A stretch of DNA of 32,892 bases from Leptolyngbyaceae cyanobacterium (GCA_050331235.1 JBHJHA010000029.1:1-32892); one strand, 5' to 3'; positions 9,950 to 19,677 are shown, numbered from the stretch's first letter. The notes: generated by a model not told the origin, from the sequence alone. Numbers and translations: made by a program.

Positions 9950-11023
9950 CTACCCCAGCAGCGGTTTGAGCATGTAGTCATATTGTTTGAGCCACTGATA
10001 AATATCTTTCAGTGTTGCTTCTGGAGAATATTGGGGACGCCAGCCAATGCGCTTGGCGATCGCCGCACAATCCATAATAAAGAGCGGTACATCACCGGGT
10101 CGCTCTTCATCAATCGGCTGAATATCAATAGACTGACCGGTAATTTGCTCGCACAACTGCGTCGTCTCTAGCAAAGAGAGACTAACCGAAGCGCCCCCGC
10201 CAACGTTCAAGACATCGCCGTCTAGTTCGGCAAAGTGAGTCAACTGATATTTCACTACGTCCAGTAAATCTTGGACATGAAGCAAATCCCTGACTTGTTT
10301 GCCGGTGCCACCATAGCCGATATATTTCAATGCTTTTTGATAATAATGAGCGGCCACCCACAGTACAAAAACGCCCTGATCAACTTTTCCCATCTGCCAA
10401 GGACCCGTGACAACGCCGCAGCGATTGATGATGGCCGATAGTCCATAGGCATGACGATATTCCTCAATCAACAATTCAGAGGCGAGCTTCGTTGTGCCAT
10501 ATAGACTGCGATAGCCCTGAATTGGAAAATTCTCCGCAACACCATCAACGGAGACGCCTGTGATGGCTTGATCGGGCGACAAAGCAAATCGCGTTTCCTG
10601 TTCTATCAGCTGAATGGCTTTTAGTCGCTCGATTGGATAAATCCGACTGGTGGACAAAAACAATAACCGGGCTTGAGTCTTGCGAGCCAACTCTAGAATA
10701 TTGATGGTGCCGACTAAGTTGGTTTGCAGCACATAGTCAGGGGCAGCAAAACCCGCTAGAACAGACGGCTCAGCCGAACAGTCAATGATTGTATCAACCT
10801 CAAATACAACAGGGTCTAAATCGCTGGCAAGGCGGATATCTCCGTGGGCAAACTGAATGCCTGCGTCCTTTAGCCGACTTAAATTAAGCTCAGACCCTCG
10901 CCGCTTTAAGTTATCTAAGCAAGTAATTTCCCAATCCTTAAATGTTTGATTGAGGCCGAGCGCGAGGGAACTGCCGATAAAACCAGACCCGCCACAGATG
11001 AGGACTTTGCTGATATTAGCCAT
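9950..11023 (-). CDS. Second extended-SDR NDP-sugar epimerase/dehydratase, CDP-paratose 2-epimerase-like
   Basis: ICGGSGFIGS, DNLKRRGS, SAEPSV, STSRIYP, SLYGTTK (YxxxK), GKQVRDLLH. 8-bp overlap with the upstream gene. Confidence 0.87.
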   Translation of the reverse strand: MANISKVLICGGSGFIGSSLALGLNQTFKDWEITCLDNLKRRGSELNLSRLKDAGIQFAHGDIRLASDLDPVVFEVDTIIDCSAEPSVLAGFAAPDYVLQTNLVGTINILELARKTQARLLFLSTSRIYPIERLKAIQLIEQETRFALSPDQAITGVSVDGVAENFPIQGYRSLYGTTKLASELLIEEYRHAYGLSAIINRCGVVTGPWQMGKVDQGVFVLWVAAHYYQKALKYIGYGGTGKQVRDLLHVQDLLDVVKYQLTHFAELDGDVLNVGGGASVSLSLLETTQLCEQITGQSIDIQPIDEERPGDVPLFIMDCAAIAKRIGWRPQYSPEATLKDIYQWLKQYDYMLKPLLG

Positions 11024-12305
11024 TGATTTTCACCATCTTTTTATGATTTTTACGGTGATAATCTCCCCGAGACAGATGCCGCTCTAGCCAGATATAAAGC
11101 ACGACAAACAAGTACCGACTTCCCATCTCTTTAATCTTGAGTTTTGAGATGCCGGACTTCCGATTTTGCCAGGTGATCGGCATGACCGCAAAGGAATAGC
11201 CCCGGACAATTGCTTTAAGGGGAATCTCTACGGTCAAGTTAAAGTGGTGGGAAATCAGGGGCGAGATGCCCTCGATGACCTCTCTGCGGTAGATTTTGAA
11301 CGCATTGGTGGTGTCATTAAATCGAAGGGCAAACATCACTTGAATAAAGGCATTTGCCAAACGGTTAATCACCAGCTTGTGCACCGGGTAGTCGATGACG
11401 CGCCCGCCTTTAACAAATCGGGAGCCAAAGACGCAGTCATAGCCTTCTTGTAGCTTATGGTAGTAGCGAACGATGTCTTCTGGAAGATCCGAAGCATCCG
11501 CCATCACGATCGCCACAGCGTCCCCTTCAAAATTTTCAAGGCCGCAGCGGACCGCAAAGCCAAATCCGTTGGGATAGTAATTGTTGATATAGCGAATGGC
11601 GGAATTGTGCTCACTGAGCTGTTGCAGCAACCTCTCGGTGCGATCGCGACTATTGTCATTAACGACCAAGATTTCATAGGCAAGTTGCTCTTGGGACAGC
11701 AGTTCAACAATGTGATCAATTGTTGGAACAATGGAGCCCTCCTCGTTATAGGCGGGCATCACAATCGATAGCTTGAGGGCCTGAGGTGAGTTGCTATCAG
11801 CCATGTCTGCTGGCAGTTGGTCAGCAATCCCTGGCGATAGCCCTTCCGGTAAGTAAACCGTCGGCTGCTGATACTGATTACCAGGGTTATGAGTCTCCCG
11901 GTTGAAGACAATGCGATCGCTCAACACATAGTTGATGGCCGCGCCCGTCAACACACCTATCAGGGTATTGATGAGATAATTTACGCCAAAGTAGTCGAGC
12001 AGCGGAAAAATCACCAGCACCCGCAACAATAGTGCTGCCCCCGCAGAAAAGTGATAAAGCGGTAACTGCTCTAGCAGGATTTTTTTCGGTGTCCAGTCAC
12101 CACCGGGCCATACCCAAATTCGATAAATAAAGAAGCTAAAAATGAGCGACAGCTCAATCGCTAGGATGTTCGCGACATTCCTTAACAGCGGTGTATCAAA
12201 TCCTAAATAAGCCACCGCCAAATGCATCAGCAGAAGGTTAAAAAGTGCCGCAACGCCGCCCCCCACGAGGAACTTTGATATTTTTGTGAGTAATATCTTG
12301 CTCAT
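11016..12305 (-). CDS. GtrA-family flippase domain fused to GT2 polyprenol-phosphate glycosyltransferase (DPM/GtrB-like)
   Basis: Four N-terminal TM helices (KFLVGGGVAALFN...FSFFIYRIWVW...INYVLSDRIVF), then LSIVMPAYNEE, VVNDNSRD, GFGFAVRCG, MADAS, VFGSRF, DTTNAFKIYRRE. Confidence 0.9.
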   Translation of the reverse strand: MSKILLTKISKFLVGGGVAALFNLLLMHLAVAYLGFDTPLLRNVANILAIELSLIFSFFIYRIWVWPGGDWTPKKILLEQLPLYHFSAGAALLLRVLVIFPLLDYFGVNYLINTLIGVLTGAAINYVLSDRIVFNRETHNPGNQYQQPTVYLPEGLSPGIADQLPADMADSNSPQALKLSIVMPAYNEEGSIVPTIDHIVELLSQEQLAYEILVVNDNSRDRTERLLQQLSEHNSAIRYINNYYPNGFGFAVRCGLENFEGDAVAIVMADASDLPEDIVRYYHKLQEGYDCVFGSRFVKGGRVIDYPVHKLVINRLANAFIQVMFALRFNDTTNAFKIYRREVIEGISPLISHHFNLTVEIPLKAIVRGYSFAVMPITWQNRKSGISKLKIKEMGSRYLFVVLYIWLERHLSRGDYHRKNHKKMVKING

Positions 12306-12322
12306 GTTCAGTGCAATCGAGT

Positions 12323-14080
12323 TTATATGGGTTGGCTTCCCGCATTCATTTGAGGGATAGCAACTTGCTCGAGCTTGACCAAAGCTCGCCGCTCTAAGTC
12401 GTAGAAGTATACCGCGATAGAGCTAGCATCTTGGGGAATATCACCTATCGAAATAGCCACTGTCCAACCTGATTTCAGATAGTCGCGGGAGTAAGCCGCC
12501 GCAACGTCGTTTCTGCGTTGATTGACATCTACGATATATGAGAATGGCCGCTGATCATTCCAAGCCAGCACAACAACCCCCGGATGACCGTTTGAGTAAA
12601 CCCAACCCGTCAACCGCAGGAAGCCCTCGGGACTAATTTCTACCGTGTCTACCACACTGGCAGTGACTGAACTGTGCGCTTCCTGTTTAACCTGACCAAT
12701 CAAGGGCTCAGCTACAATTCCCTGAGCCTGCACCTCATTGGCAACCCTAACCGCAAGGTCGGGTAAGGGAGACACCAAACTATAAATACACTCATCGGCA
12801 ACGGCTGGCTCTAAAGAGCCATAAATTGCTAAACAGGCTTGTCCACGATAACGGGCCAATTTCATCGCCTCTGAGTCTTTTAGACCGTTCTCATATCCCT
12901 GAACGACGCTAGAAACCAGAAAGCCCAACAGAAATGCGATCGCTACCGCCAACCGTAACCGCTGAGGTGCCAGGGTGCGACTCCCGACCAATAAACGCAG
13001 CAGATTCACTACGGCAATCGGCAACATGAGATAAACCGTCGTGTACCGAGATGCGACCCCCGCTCCAAAGCCCATGCGCCCCACCGTGATCATCCAAGCA
13101 CAAAGAATTGTGAAGAGTCCAATGGAGGCCCAAGGCAAGGCACTGTCCTTCAACACCTGGCGTTGTCTAAATAGCCAAATAGTCAGTCCCGCATAGAGCA
13201 GCACCAGCAGTGGCCCAGTGACCACTGGTGGCAGTTCGACTCGACCAAAAGTGCCACCGACTTGATTGAGAAAGTAGTCGATCGCGACACCTGGTTTTTG
13301 CCACACCAAGTTTGTGCTTGGATGTCCCCCTGGTTTCTGGTATCCCCAAATATACGAGCACACCGCTATCGCCGTAGACCCCAGCCATACGGCAGTCCAC
13401 TGCAACCGCCCCTTGTAAGTTAGTTGGCTAGTCAAAAACATGGGCAAACATGCTAGCCAAACAATTAGGCCCTGTGCCAGCGAAAAGCTCGTCACCCAGC
13501 AACAGCCCAGCGCGCCTAAAAAGGACCAAGGGTGACGATTTTGAAAAAACTCATTTAGCAAAAATACGGCTGCTACAAGCAAGCAATTGACTAGGAACCA
13601 AGGGATTTGAAACCCCCACAGCCAGTTTTCAAACTGTACAGGGGAAAAGAGCAAGATTCCCGTCAGCAGCACCGATAGGCCCCAGACATGGGCGCTTGCT
13701 GCAGATTTCGCAGCGGCATGGAGCAGAGTGTGCTGTTTCAAGATAAGCCCCGTGAGCAAACCATAGGTAACCAGCACCACTAGGTAGCTCACAAACATTC
13801 TTGACTGGGCACTCCAGCCCCCTGGGAAATAGCTAAAAAGCCAGCTAAAAACCTTTAAGGAAGCAATGCGATGTTCATTATGCTGCGCAACAATAGTGGA
13901 TAATGTCGGCCCAGACTCCCTAGCGTCTGCTACGAATTCGATCAGTTCCCACTCATCCCAAAACCATAGATCAACGGCATATTGTCTGATGAAAAAAAAG
14001 CCAAAGACTGCCGGTATCAATGCCAACAGACAGTAGATTGAGGCGGTCAAATTATTTTTTTGGATATCGATAAAGGGCAT
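12323..14080 (-). CDS. Polytopic membrane protein, probable GT-C-fold glycosyltransferase, with soluble C-terminal beta domain
   Basis: One N-terminal TM, an acidic loop FWDEW...QHNEHR, FSPVQFENWLWGFQ, about 11-12 hydrophobic segments, SRY motif, then a C-terminal domain with LTGWV...RNDVA...SGW. Confidence 0.65.
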   Translation of the reverse strand: MPFIDIQKNNLTASIYCLLALIPAVFGFFFIRQYAVDLWFWDEWELIEFVADARESGPTLSTIVAQHNEHRIASLKVFSWLFSYFPGGWSAQSRMFVSYLVVLVTYGLLTGLILKQHTLLHAAAKSAASAHVWGLSVLLTGILLFSPVQFENWLWGFQIPWFLVNCLLVAAVFLLNEFFQNRHPWSFLGALGCCWVTSFSLAQGLIVWLACLPMFLTSQLTYKGRLQWTAVWLGSTAIAVCSYIWGYQKPGGHPSTNLVWQKPGVAIDYFLNQVGGTFGRVELPPVVTGPLLVLLYAGLTIWLFRQRQVLKDSALPWASIGLFTILCAWMITVGRMGFGAGVASRYTTVYLMLPIAVVNLLRLLVGSRTLAPQRLRLAVAIAFLLGFLVSSVVQGYENGLKDSEAMKLARYRGQACLAIYGSLEPAVADECIYSLVSPLPDLAVRVANEVQAQGIVAEPLIGQVKQEAHSSVTASVVDTVEISPEGFLRLTGWVYSNGHPGVVVLAWNDQRPFSYIVDVNQRRNDVAAAYSRDYLKSGWTVAISIGDIPQDASSIAVYFYDLERRALVKLEQVAIPQMNAGSQPI

Positions 14081-14117
14081 TAGTAACGTTAAACCTTTGC
14101 GGCTGGGTCGATAAAGG

Positions 14118-15197
14118 CTAAGTCAGCTCTATGACACAGTCGTCGCCAATCATAAACCGAGAGGCTTTCGGTCGTTTAGGACTATGGACTAGGCGCGCCC
14201 GACGGCCAATCAAACTGTCAACAATACGTTGGTGTTGCTCTTGGATAACGGCGTCTTCTAATACGACGCTATGGTCCATTTCGACATCGAGCAGGCTGAC
14301 GCCATTGGCGATGCTGCTGTAGGAGCCGATAAAGCAGTTTTCAATATGGCAGTTGCGGCCGATCGCCACCGGACCCCGAATAGTTGAGTTAATCACCGTG
14401 GTCCCTTTGCCGATACGCACGCGTCCGCTGATCTGGGTGCTATCGTCAACCATCCCTTCAATCTCGTGACAGAGGCTCTCATCAAGGATGATTTGATTAG
14501 CTGCGAGCAGATCGTCTTTTTTGCCAGTATCCAACCACCAGCCCTCCAGCGGTTGCGCCATTACATTAGAGCCCGCATCCACGAGCGCCTGAATCGCATC
14601 GGTAATTTCGAGCTCTCCCCTGAGCGATGGTTTGAGGTTGGCAATCACAGCGTGAATCTGGGCCGAAAATAGATAAACGCCGACCAACGCCATATCAGAC
14701 GGAGGGCTTTTCGGCTTTTCGACTAGGCGAGTTACCTGTCCGGCTGGATTGAGCACCGCGACGCCAAAAGCAGTGGGATTGGGCACTTGCTTGAGCAGAA
14801 TCAGTGCATCCAGCGATCGCTGCACAAACTTGTCAACAAAGCTGGTCAGACTGTCGCGAATCAGATTGTCGCCCAGGTACATCAAAAAGGGCGAGTCGCC
14901 TAAAAACGACTGGGCCACCTTCACCGCATGGGCTAAGCCGTCTGGACTCTCTTGACGAATGTAGGTGATATTGGCGCCAAACTGGCTACCATCCCCCGTC
15001 ACAGCCCGAATGTCGTCCCCCGTTTCAGGGCTAACGACGATGCCAATATCAGTGATGCCAGCGGCGACAATCTGCTCAATGCCGTACCACAAAATAGGTT
15101 TGTTTACGACGGGAACGAGTTGCTTAGCCCCTGTATAGGTCAGCGGTCGCAGGCGAGTGCCGCGCCCACCGGACAGCATTAGCGCTTTCATGCTCAT
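14118..15197 (-). CDS. rfbA: Glucose-1-phosphate thymidylyltransferase, long form
   Basis: SGGRGTRLRPLT, AKQLVPV, YLGDN, LVEKP, RGELEITDAIQ, WWLDTGKKDD and a C-terminal beta-helix region. Confidence 0.95.
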   Translation of the reverse strand: MSMKALMLSGGRGTRLRPLTYTGAKQLVPVVNKPILWYGIEQIVAAGITDIGIVVSPETGDDIRAVTGDGSQFGANITYIRQESPDGLAHAVKVAQSFLGDSPFLMYLGDNLIRDSLTSFVDKFVQRSLDALILLKQVPNPTAFGVAVLNPAGQVTRLVEKPKSPPSDMALVGVYLFSAQIHAVIANLKPSLRGELEITDAIQALVDAGSNVMAQPLEGWWLDTGKKDDLLAANQIILDESLCHEIEGMVDDSTQISGRVRIGKGTTVINSTIRGPVAIGRNCHIENCFIGSYSSIANGVSLLDVEMDHSVVLEDAVIQEQHQRIVDSLIGRRARLVHSPKRPKASRFMIGDDCVIELT

Positions 15198-15201
15198 CGG
15201 G

Positions 15202-16101
15202 TCATCGTTGCTCCTCTAGTGAACCGGCTGATCGCCAATCATGCAGCATTTTACGTAAGCTCAATCGCCAATGGGGAGCCGTTTGTTCTAAGAGGGTGGC
15301 GAGCTTAGCACCGTTTAACACTGAATACGCAGGGCGCCGAGCAGGCGTAGGATACTGATCGGTGGTGATGGGCAAGACCGTTTGAATCGCTAAAGGGTAG
15401 TTTAAGGCAGCGGCTTCTTCAAAAATGGCCACGGCGAAGTCGTACCAGCTAATTGCGCCGCTGTTTGTAAAGTGGTAAGTGCCGTAGGTTTCAAGTGTCA
15501 ATCGAGGAAGGAGCTGGGCGATCGCTCCGGCAATATCATTACTCCAGGTGGGGCATCCCACTTGGTCGTACACCACCTTCAGCATTGCGCGGGAGGCCCC
15601 CAATCGCAGCATCGTTTTGACAAAGTTGCCACGCCCCAGCGCGCCATACACCCATGCCGTGCGCAAAATGATATGGCGATCGCATTGCTCCCGCACGGCG
15701 ATCTCGCCCGCCAACTTGGAGCGACCGTAAACCCCGAGGGGATTTGGCGAGTCGGTCGGCTGGTAGGGTCGATTTTGGGTTCCATCAAATACATAGTCGG
15801 TAGATAGATGGATAAGGGTCGCGCCACAGGCCTGGGCCGCTTGGGCCAGCAGTTCGGGGGCGCGATGATTCACCTGATAGGCTAAGTCGGGCTGCTGTTC
15901 AGCTTGATCAACGGCGGTGTAGGCGGCCGCATTGACAATAACGTCTGGAGCTTGTTGGGTGACTCGAGTCACCAGCGACTCCGACTGGGTCAGGTCAAGG
16001 TCAGCCCGACTCCATGCAGTGAGTGAGCCGACGGCGGGTAGCGTCGCCGCTAGCGCTTGCCCCACCTGTCCCTGACTGCCGATCAACAGGATTTTCATCA
16101 C
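15202..16101 (-). CDS. rfbD: dTDP-4-dehydrorhamnose reductase
   Basis: GSQGQVG, NAAAYTAVDQAE, STDYVFDG, YGRSKLAGE, LRTAWVY, PARRPAYSVL. Confidence 0.96.
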   Translation of the reverse strand: MMKILLIGSQGQVGQALAATLPAVGSLTAWSRADLDLTQSESLVTRVTQQAPDVIVNAAAYTAVDQAEQQPDLAYQVNHRAPELLAQAAQACGATLIHLSTDYVFDGTQNRPYQPTDSPNPLGVYGRSKLAGEIAVREQCDRHIILRTAWVYGALGRGNFVKTMLRLGASRAMLKVVYDQVGCPTWSNDIAGAIAQLLPRLTLETYGTYHFTNSGAISWYDFAVAIFEEAAALNYPLAIQTVLPITTDQYPTPARRPAYSVLNGAKLATLLEQTAPHWRLSLRKMLHDWRSAGSLEEQR

Positions 16102-16646
16102 GCAAACACCTCAGCCTCGGAGAGGGGGATGCCCCGCTGATCTTTGACTGACAAGATAGGCGATGCCCCCGACAAGGGCCAGGCGATCGCTAAATCAGGA
16201 TCATTCCACAACAGGGTGCGCTCGTGCTGGGGAGCATAGTAATCCGTCGTTTTGTACAGCACATCAGCGCTCTCTGACAAGACACAAAAGCCGTGGGCAA
16301 AGCCCTCAGGAACCCAAAGCTGGCGATAGTTATCCGCCGACAAAATCTCCCCTACCCACTGCCCAAAGGTGGCGGAGTGACGTCGTAAATCCACCGCCAC
16401 GTCAAAAATTTTGCCGCTGATGACGCGCAACAGCTTGCCCTGGGGCGACTGAATTTGGTAATGCAGGCCCCGGAGAATGCCCTGCTTAGAGCGAGAGTGA
16501 TTGTCTTGCACAAATCTCCGCTCGAGCCCAGTCTTTTCAGCAAAAACTTTATGGTTAAAACTCTCCATGAAAAAACCGCGATGGTCGCCGTGGATCAGAG
16601 GTTCTAACAGCAACACGTCGGGAATTTCGGTCTGGATAACGTTCAT
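16098..16646 (-). CDS. rfbC: dTDP-4-dehydrorhamnose 3,5-epimerase
   Basis: DHRGFFMESFN, FVQDNHSRS, LRGLHYQ, QGKL, FDVAVDLR, PEGFAHGF. ATG 16646; 4-bp overlap with rfbD. Confidence 0.96.
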   Translation of the reverse strand: MNVIQTEIPDVLLLEPLIHGDHRGFFMESFNHKVFAEKTGLERRFVQDNHSRSKQGILRGLHYQIQSPQGKLLRVISGKIFDVAVDLRRHSATFGQWVGEILSADNYRQLWVPEGFAHGFCVLSESADVLYKTTDYYAPQHERTLLWNDPDLAIAWPLSGASPILSVKDQRGIPLSEAEVFA

Positions 16647-16917
16647 ACGGCAGCGATGAAAAGGGGAAACGGACAACGTTGTGTTGGGGACAACGAAACT
16701 TTGGCAGCCAGCAACCTGGTAAGAATTGAACGCTCGAGCACAGTCTGAGTCGATGGCAGCTACCGCAGAGATATTATCTCGAAGTGGGCACAAACACCAT
16801 GTGTAGTGCTGAATTCAGACAGTAAGCAGCGCTGTTCTGGGCAGCCATCAAGGCCGCCAAGCTCAAGCGGCTGAGGCCACGCATCAAGTTGCTGACTGGC
16901 TCAGGGGAGTCGCGCCA

Positions 16918-18966
16918 TTACTGCGATCGCCACCGCTGAATCTCGGTTTGGGCTGGTTCATAAGCTGGAGTGTTTTCTGGCACTAGCTCAGCGGCTGCGA
17001 TCGCTCCGCCGAGGTCGCCTTGGGCCGCGCGAGCGCGGGCGATCGCTAAGATATCGTCGCTCCACTGACGAGTTCGTCCCTGGGCATCTTCATATCCAGC
17101 CTGCCCTGGCTCAATTTGTTCCAACAGGCGGATAGCGTCATTGTAGGAACTTGCCTGCCCTGGCTGTAACGAGTTTTGCGCTCGGCGAATCAGTTCTTGA
17201 TTGGTCATCTGCTGCTCCCAAGCTTGAATCCGCTGGGTGGCTAGAGCCGCAATTTCTGGCTGATCTTCAGGAACTAACTGGGCAGCCGCGATCGCCCCGG
17301 TTAGATCACCACTCGCTGCGCGGCCCTCAGCCAAATCTAAGATCACTCTTCCCCAGCGTTGAATATCCGCTTGGGCTTCCTCATAATAGGGATCTTCCGG
17401 CGGAATCTGGCGGGCCTGCTCAATGGCATCGTTGAACCTCGATGCGGAATTGGGCTGGATAATCTGGCGGGCACTGTTCAAAATGTCTTGATTGCGCACC
17501 GCCGCATTAGCCACTTCACTATTGGCTTCAGCCACGAGGTCTTGATAGGTTTCGTCTTGCAGTTCAGGCGGTACCTGAGACAGCCAAGCCCGGGCCTCAC
17601 CGTAACGATTAGCGGCGATCGCATCTCGGGCTCGCTGCAAAGCCGTCTCGCCTTCTGCGATCGGGTCCGCTGGTGGTGTGGCTGGAGTTCCTTCGTCGTC
17701 TTCGGTCAAGCCGGTAGTGGGGGCATCGCCCGCAGTCCCAGTAGCACTGCCGTCCGCACCGTCGGCGGGAGTCTCAGTCACGCCGGAGGTGGCGTCGTCA
17801 TCATTTCGCTCCGTGTTGAATAAGATCGGTTGAAACCGGAAGAACACTCCAGCCAAAAAAGCCAAAGCCGCTGCGAGTAAGGCCCATTTCCAGACGCCCC
17901 CCCAGCTGTCCTCCCTATCGTCGTCTGCTTGATCACCCGCAGGGCGCGGCACGATGGCACTATCAGCAGCTGATGAAGCTGCCGCTGACGGGCGATCAGC
18001 CAAATTGGCAGCTTCAACATTGGAGTCAGCGTTAGGAGAGTGGCCGGTTTCAGGGCCGGTATCCGCATCCGCAGTAACCGCATTGGGCGGCACGGCTGGA
18101 ATGGGCGTAATCGGCTGCCGACTGAGGGACAACTCGCGAGTCAGCGGCGACTCCGCTTGGGGCACAGCGGCCAATCCACCGCCAAGGGCGGCCGTCGCGG
18201 TTTCAGTGGCAGACAAATTGGCAATGCCCTCAGCCGGCAATACCATCATGAATTTTTGCTCAGCCGGTAGCACCATAACCGGATTTTGCAACGGTCGACA
18301 ATGATGTTCGCAGAGCTCGGGGACGCGATCGCTCAAGTAATCACTTAACTGCGAAGCCGTGATGCAACCGTGGTATCGCAACCCTTCTAGCAGAGCCTTG
18401 GTAAACAATCCATGCCGTACATACATCGTTTCGTGGGAAAACTGCTCCGGCTTGCAGGACAGAAATGTGGTGATGCCGGAATCCTTGGCCAGCGTCAGAG
18501 TTTGCGCGCCGATATCGCGATGGCCAATCGCCCCTTGGCTGCGGTTCATATCCATTGCCAATACAATCTGATCGGTTTTGGCCGTGCTCAAAATCTCAAA
18601 GACCCGAGATAGGGCCATCGCGGTCTCAGCCAGCCGGGTGGGCTCTGAGTCCAACGTCATCCAGTAGTCTTGGCCCGCCTCGGTGAGTCCACAGCCGCTA
18701 AAAAATACCCAAAGCAGATCCCCCGGGTGCACTTGGTCGCGACACAGGGTGAGCAACTGATGCTCAATTTCCTGGCGAATAGGGCTGTAGGCGTGGGGAT
18801 CGATCGCGGCCGAAACATCTGTCAGCAAAGTGCACTGACTCACCGGCACGCCCAACTCATCCACAAAGAAGTTGCGGAGCCCCACGGCGTCGGGCTGGGC
18901 GTACATCAAGGGCTGCAGCGCTTTGTATTGGTTAATGCCGATGAGGAGAGCCCAATGATTCGCCAT
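16918..18966 (-). CDS. Caspase-family (peptidase C14) pseudo-enzyme with low-complexity linker, one TM helix and C-terminal helical repeats
   Basis: WALLIGINQY...L.YA..DA, DLLWVFFSGCG, VLAMDMNRS, SCKPEQFSHE, GLFTKALLEGL; TM WKWALLAAALAFLAGVFF. Confidence 0.85.
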   Translation of the reverse strand: MANHWALLIGINQYKALQPLMYAQPDAVGLRNFFVDELGVPVSQCTLLTDVSAAIDPHAYSPIRQEIEHQLLTLCRDQVHPGDLLWVFFSGCGLTEAGQDYWMTLDSEPTRLAETAMALSRVFEILSTAKTDQIVLAMDMNRSQGAIGHRDIGAQTLTLAKDSGITTFLSCKPEQFSHETMYVRHGLFTKALLEGLRYHGCITASQLSDYLSDRVPELCEHHCRPLQNPVMVLPAEQKFMMVLPAEGIANLSATETATAALGGGLAAVPQAESPLTRELSLSRQPITPIPAVPPNAVTADADTGPETGHSPNADSNVEAANLADRPSAAASSAADSAIVPRPAGDQADDDREDSWGGVWKWALLAAALAFLAGVFFRFQPILFNTERNDDDATSGVTETPADGADGSATGTAGDAPTTGLTEDDEGTPATPPADPIAEGETALQRARDAIAANRYGEARAWLSQVPPELQDETYQDLVAEANSEVANAAVRNQDILNSARQIIQPNSASRFNDAIEQARQIPPEDPYYEEAQADIQRWGRVILDLAEGRAASGDLTGAIAAAQLVPEDQPEIAALATQRIQAWEQQMTNQELIRRAQNSLQPGQASSYNDAIRLLEQIEPGQAGYEDAQGRTRQWSDDILAIARARAAQGDLGGAIAAAELVPENTPAYEPAQTEIQRWRSQ

Positions 18967-19251
18967 AATTGCCCTTCGACTGTTGTAGTGGCCAACGACT
19001 TTTGGCTGCCTGTAGACAGCGATCGCTTCATTTGCTGAAAAGGCCCTGCTATCAAGTCAGTGCCGTTCAAACGGTTGGAAACGAAGCCCATTCTAACGAC
19101 CAGACTCATTTTCGACGCTGTTAGGCAGAAAGATTTAGACAAAAAAATATTTGGCATTGACGGCACATGGAGGAATCGCTAAATTTAAGGCGCTCTTAAG
19201 TCGGCTGAACGCTGTCTATTCACGGCCACAGCTAGAGGACGGTCCGTCACG

Positions 19252-19677
19252 ATGCCAACCTTGCATTCCCTCGCCACACTTTGGAAACGTAGTTTGGCCC
19301 GTTGCCTGCCAGCGGGTTGGAGCCTCATGCTGAAACTTGGCGGCGGCGGGGCGATCGCTCTCTCCACCCTGCTGACGTTGCCAGCCGTGGTGCAAGCCTA
19401 CACCGCTCGCGTTGTGCTGTTTGTGCCGCGAGCCCCTGGCGAAAGTTACGACACCTTTTTGCGTCAGTGTGAGGCGATCGCCCGGGCGGGGGTGCAGCGC
19501 AGTTTTGACGCTGACATCTTGACTTCTGAGGTCGTGGTCACCATCGTGGGGGAAAATCAAGGTCTCGCCATTCCAGTTATGGAGGTCGAAGTCACCCGCG
19601 AGGAATGGGAACTGAGCCCCGACCCGGTGGTGTGGGCCCGCTACTACAACAACGCCTCCACCCTGTTAGAGCCGTGA
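19252..19677 (+). CDS. Conserved cyanobacterial hypothetical protein, probably exported
   Basis: Hydrophobic signal-like segment ending VQA, then a compact domain (ESYDTFLRQCEAIAR...QRSFDADIL...W..YY). Exact start uncertain. Confidence 0.7.
   Translation: MPTLHSLATLWKRSLARCLPAGWSLMLKLGGGGAIALSTLLTLPAVVQAYTARVVLFVPRAPGESYDTFLRQCEAIARAGVQRSFDADILTSEVVVTIVGENQGLAIPVMEVEVTREEWELSPDPVVWARYYNNASTLLEP

Noticed and set aside
7898..14117. Cassette as an active mobile element
   Set aside because: No integrase, transposase, terminal repeats or target duplication is visible at either boundary, and it contains HIP1 sites (8926, 8959, 10056, 11640, 11913, 12936), suggesting long cyanobacterial residence.
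16647..16793. ORF-track N-terminal extensions of rfbC (also rbcL 4700-4831, rbcS 2566-2604, rpmF 19765-19803 and 30386-30547)
   Set aside because: They are non-homologous; downstream ATGs match the family N-termini.
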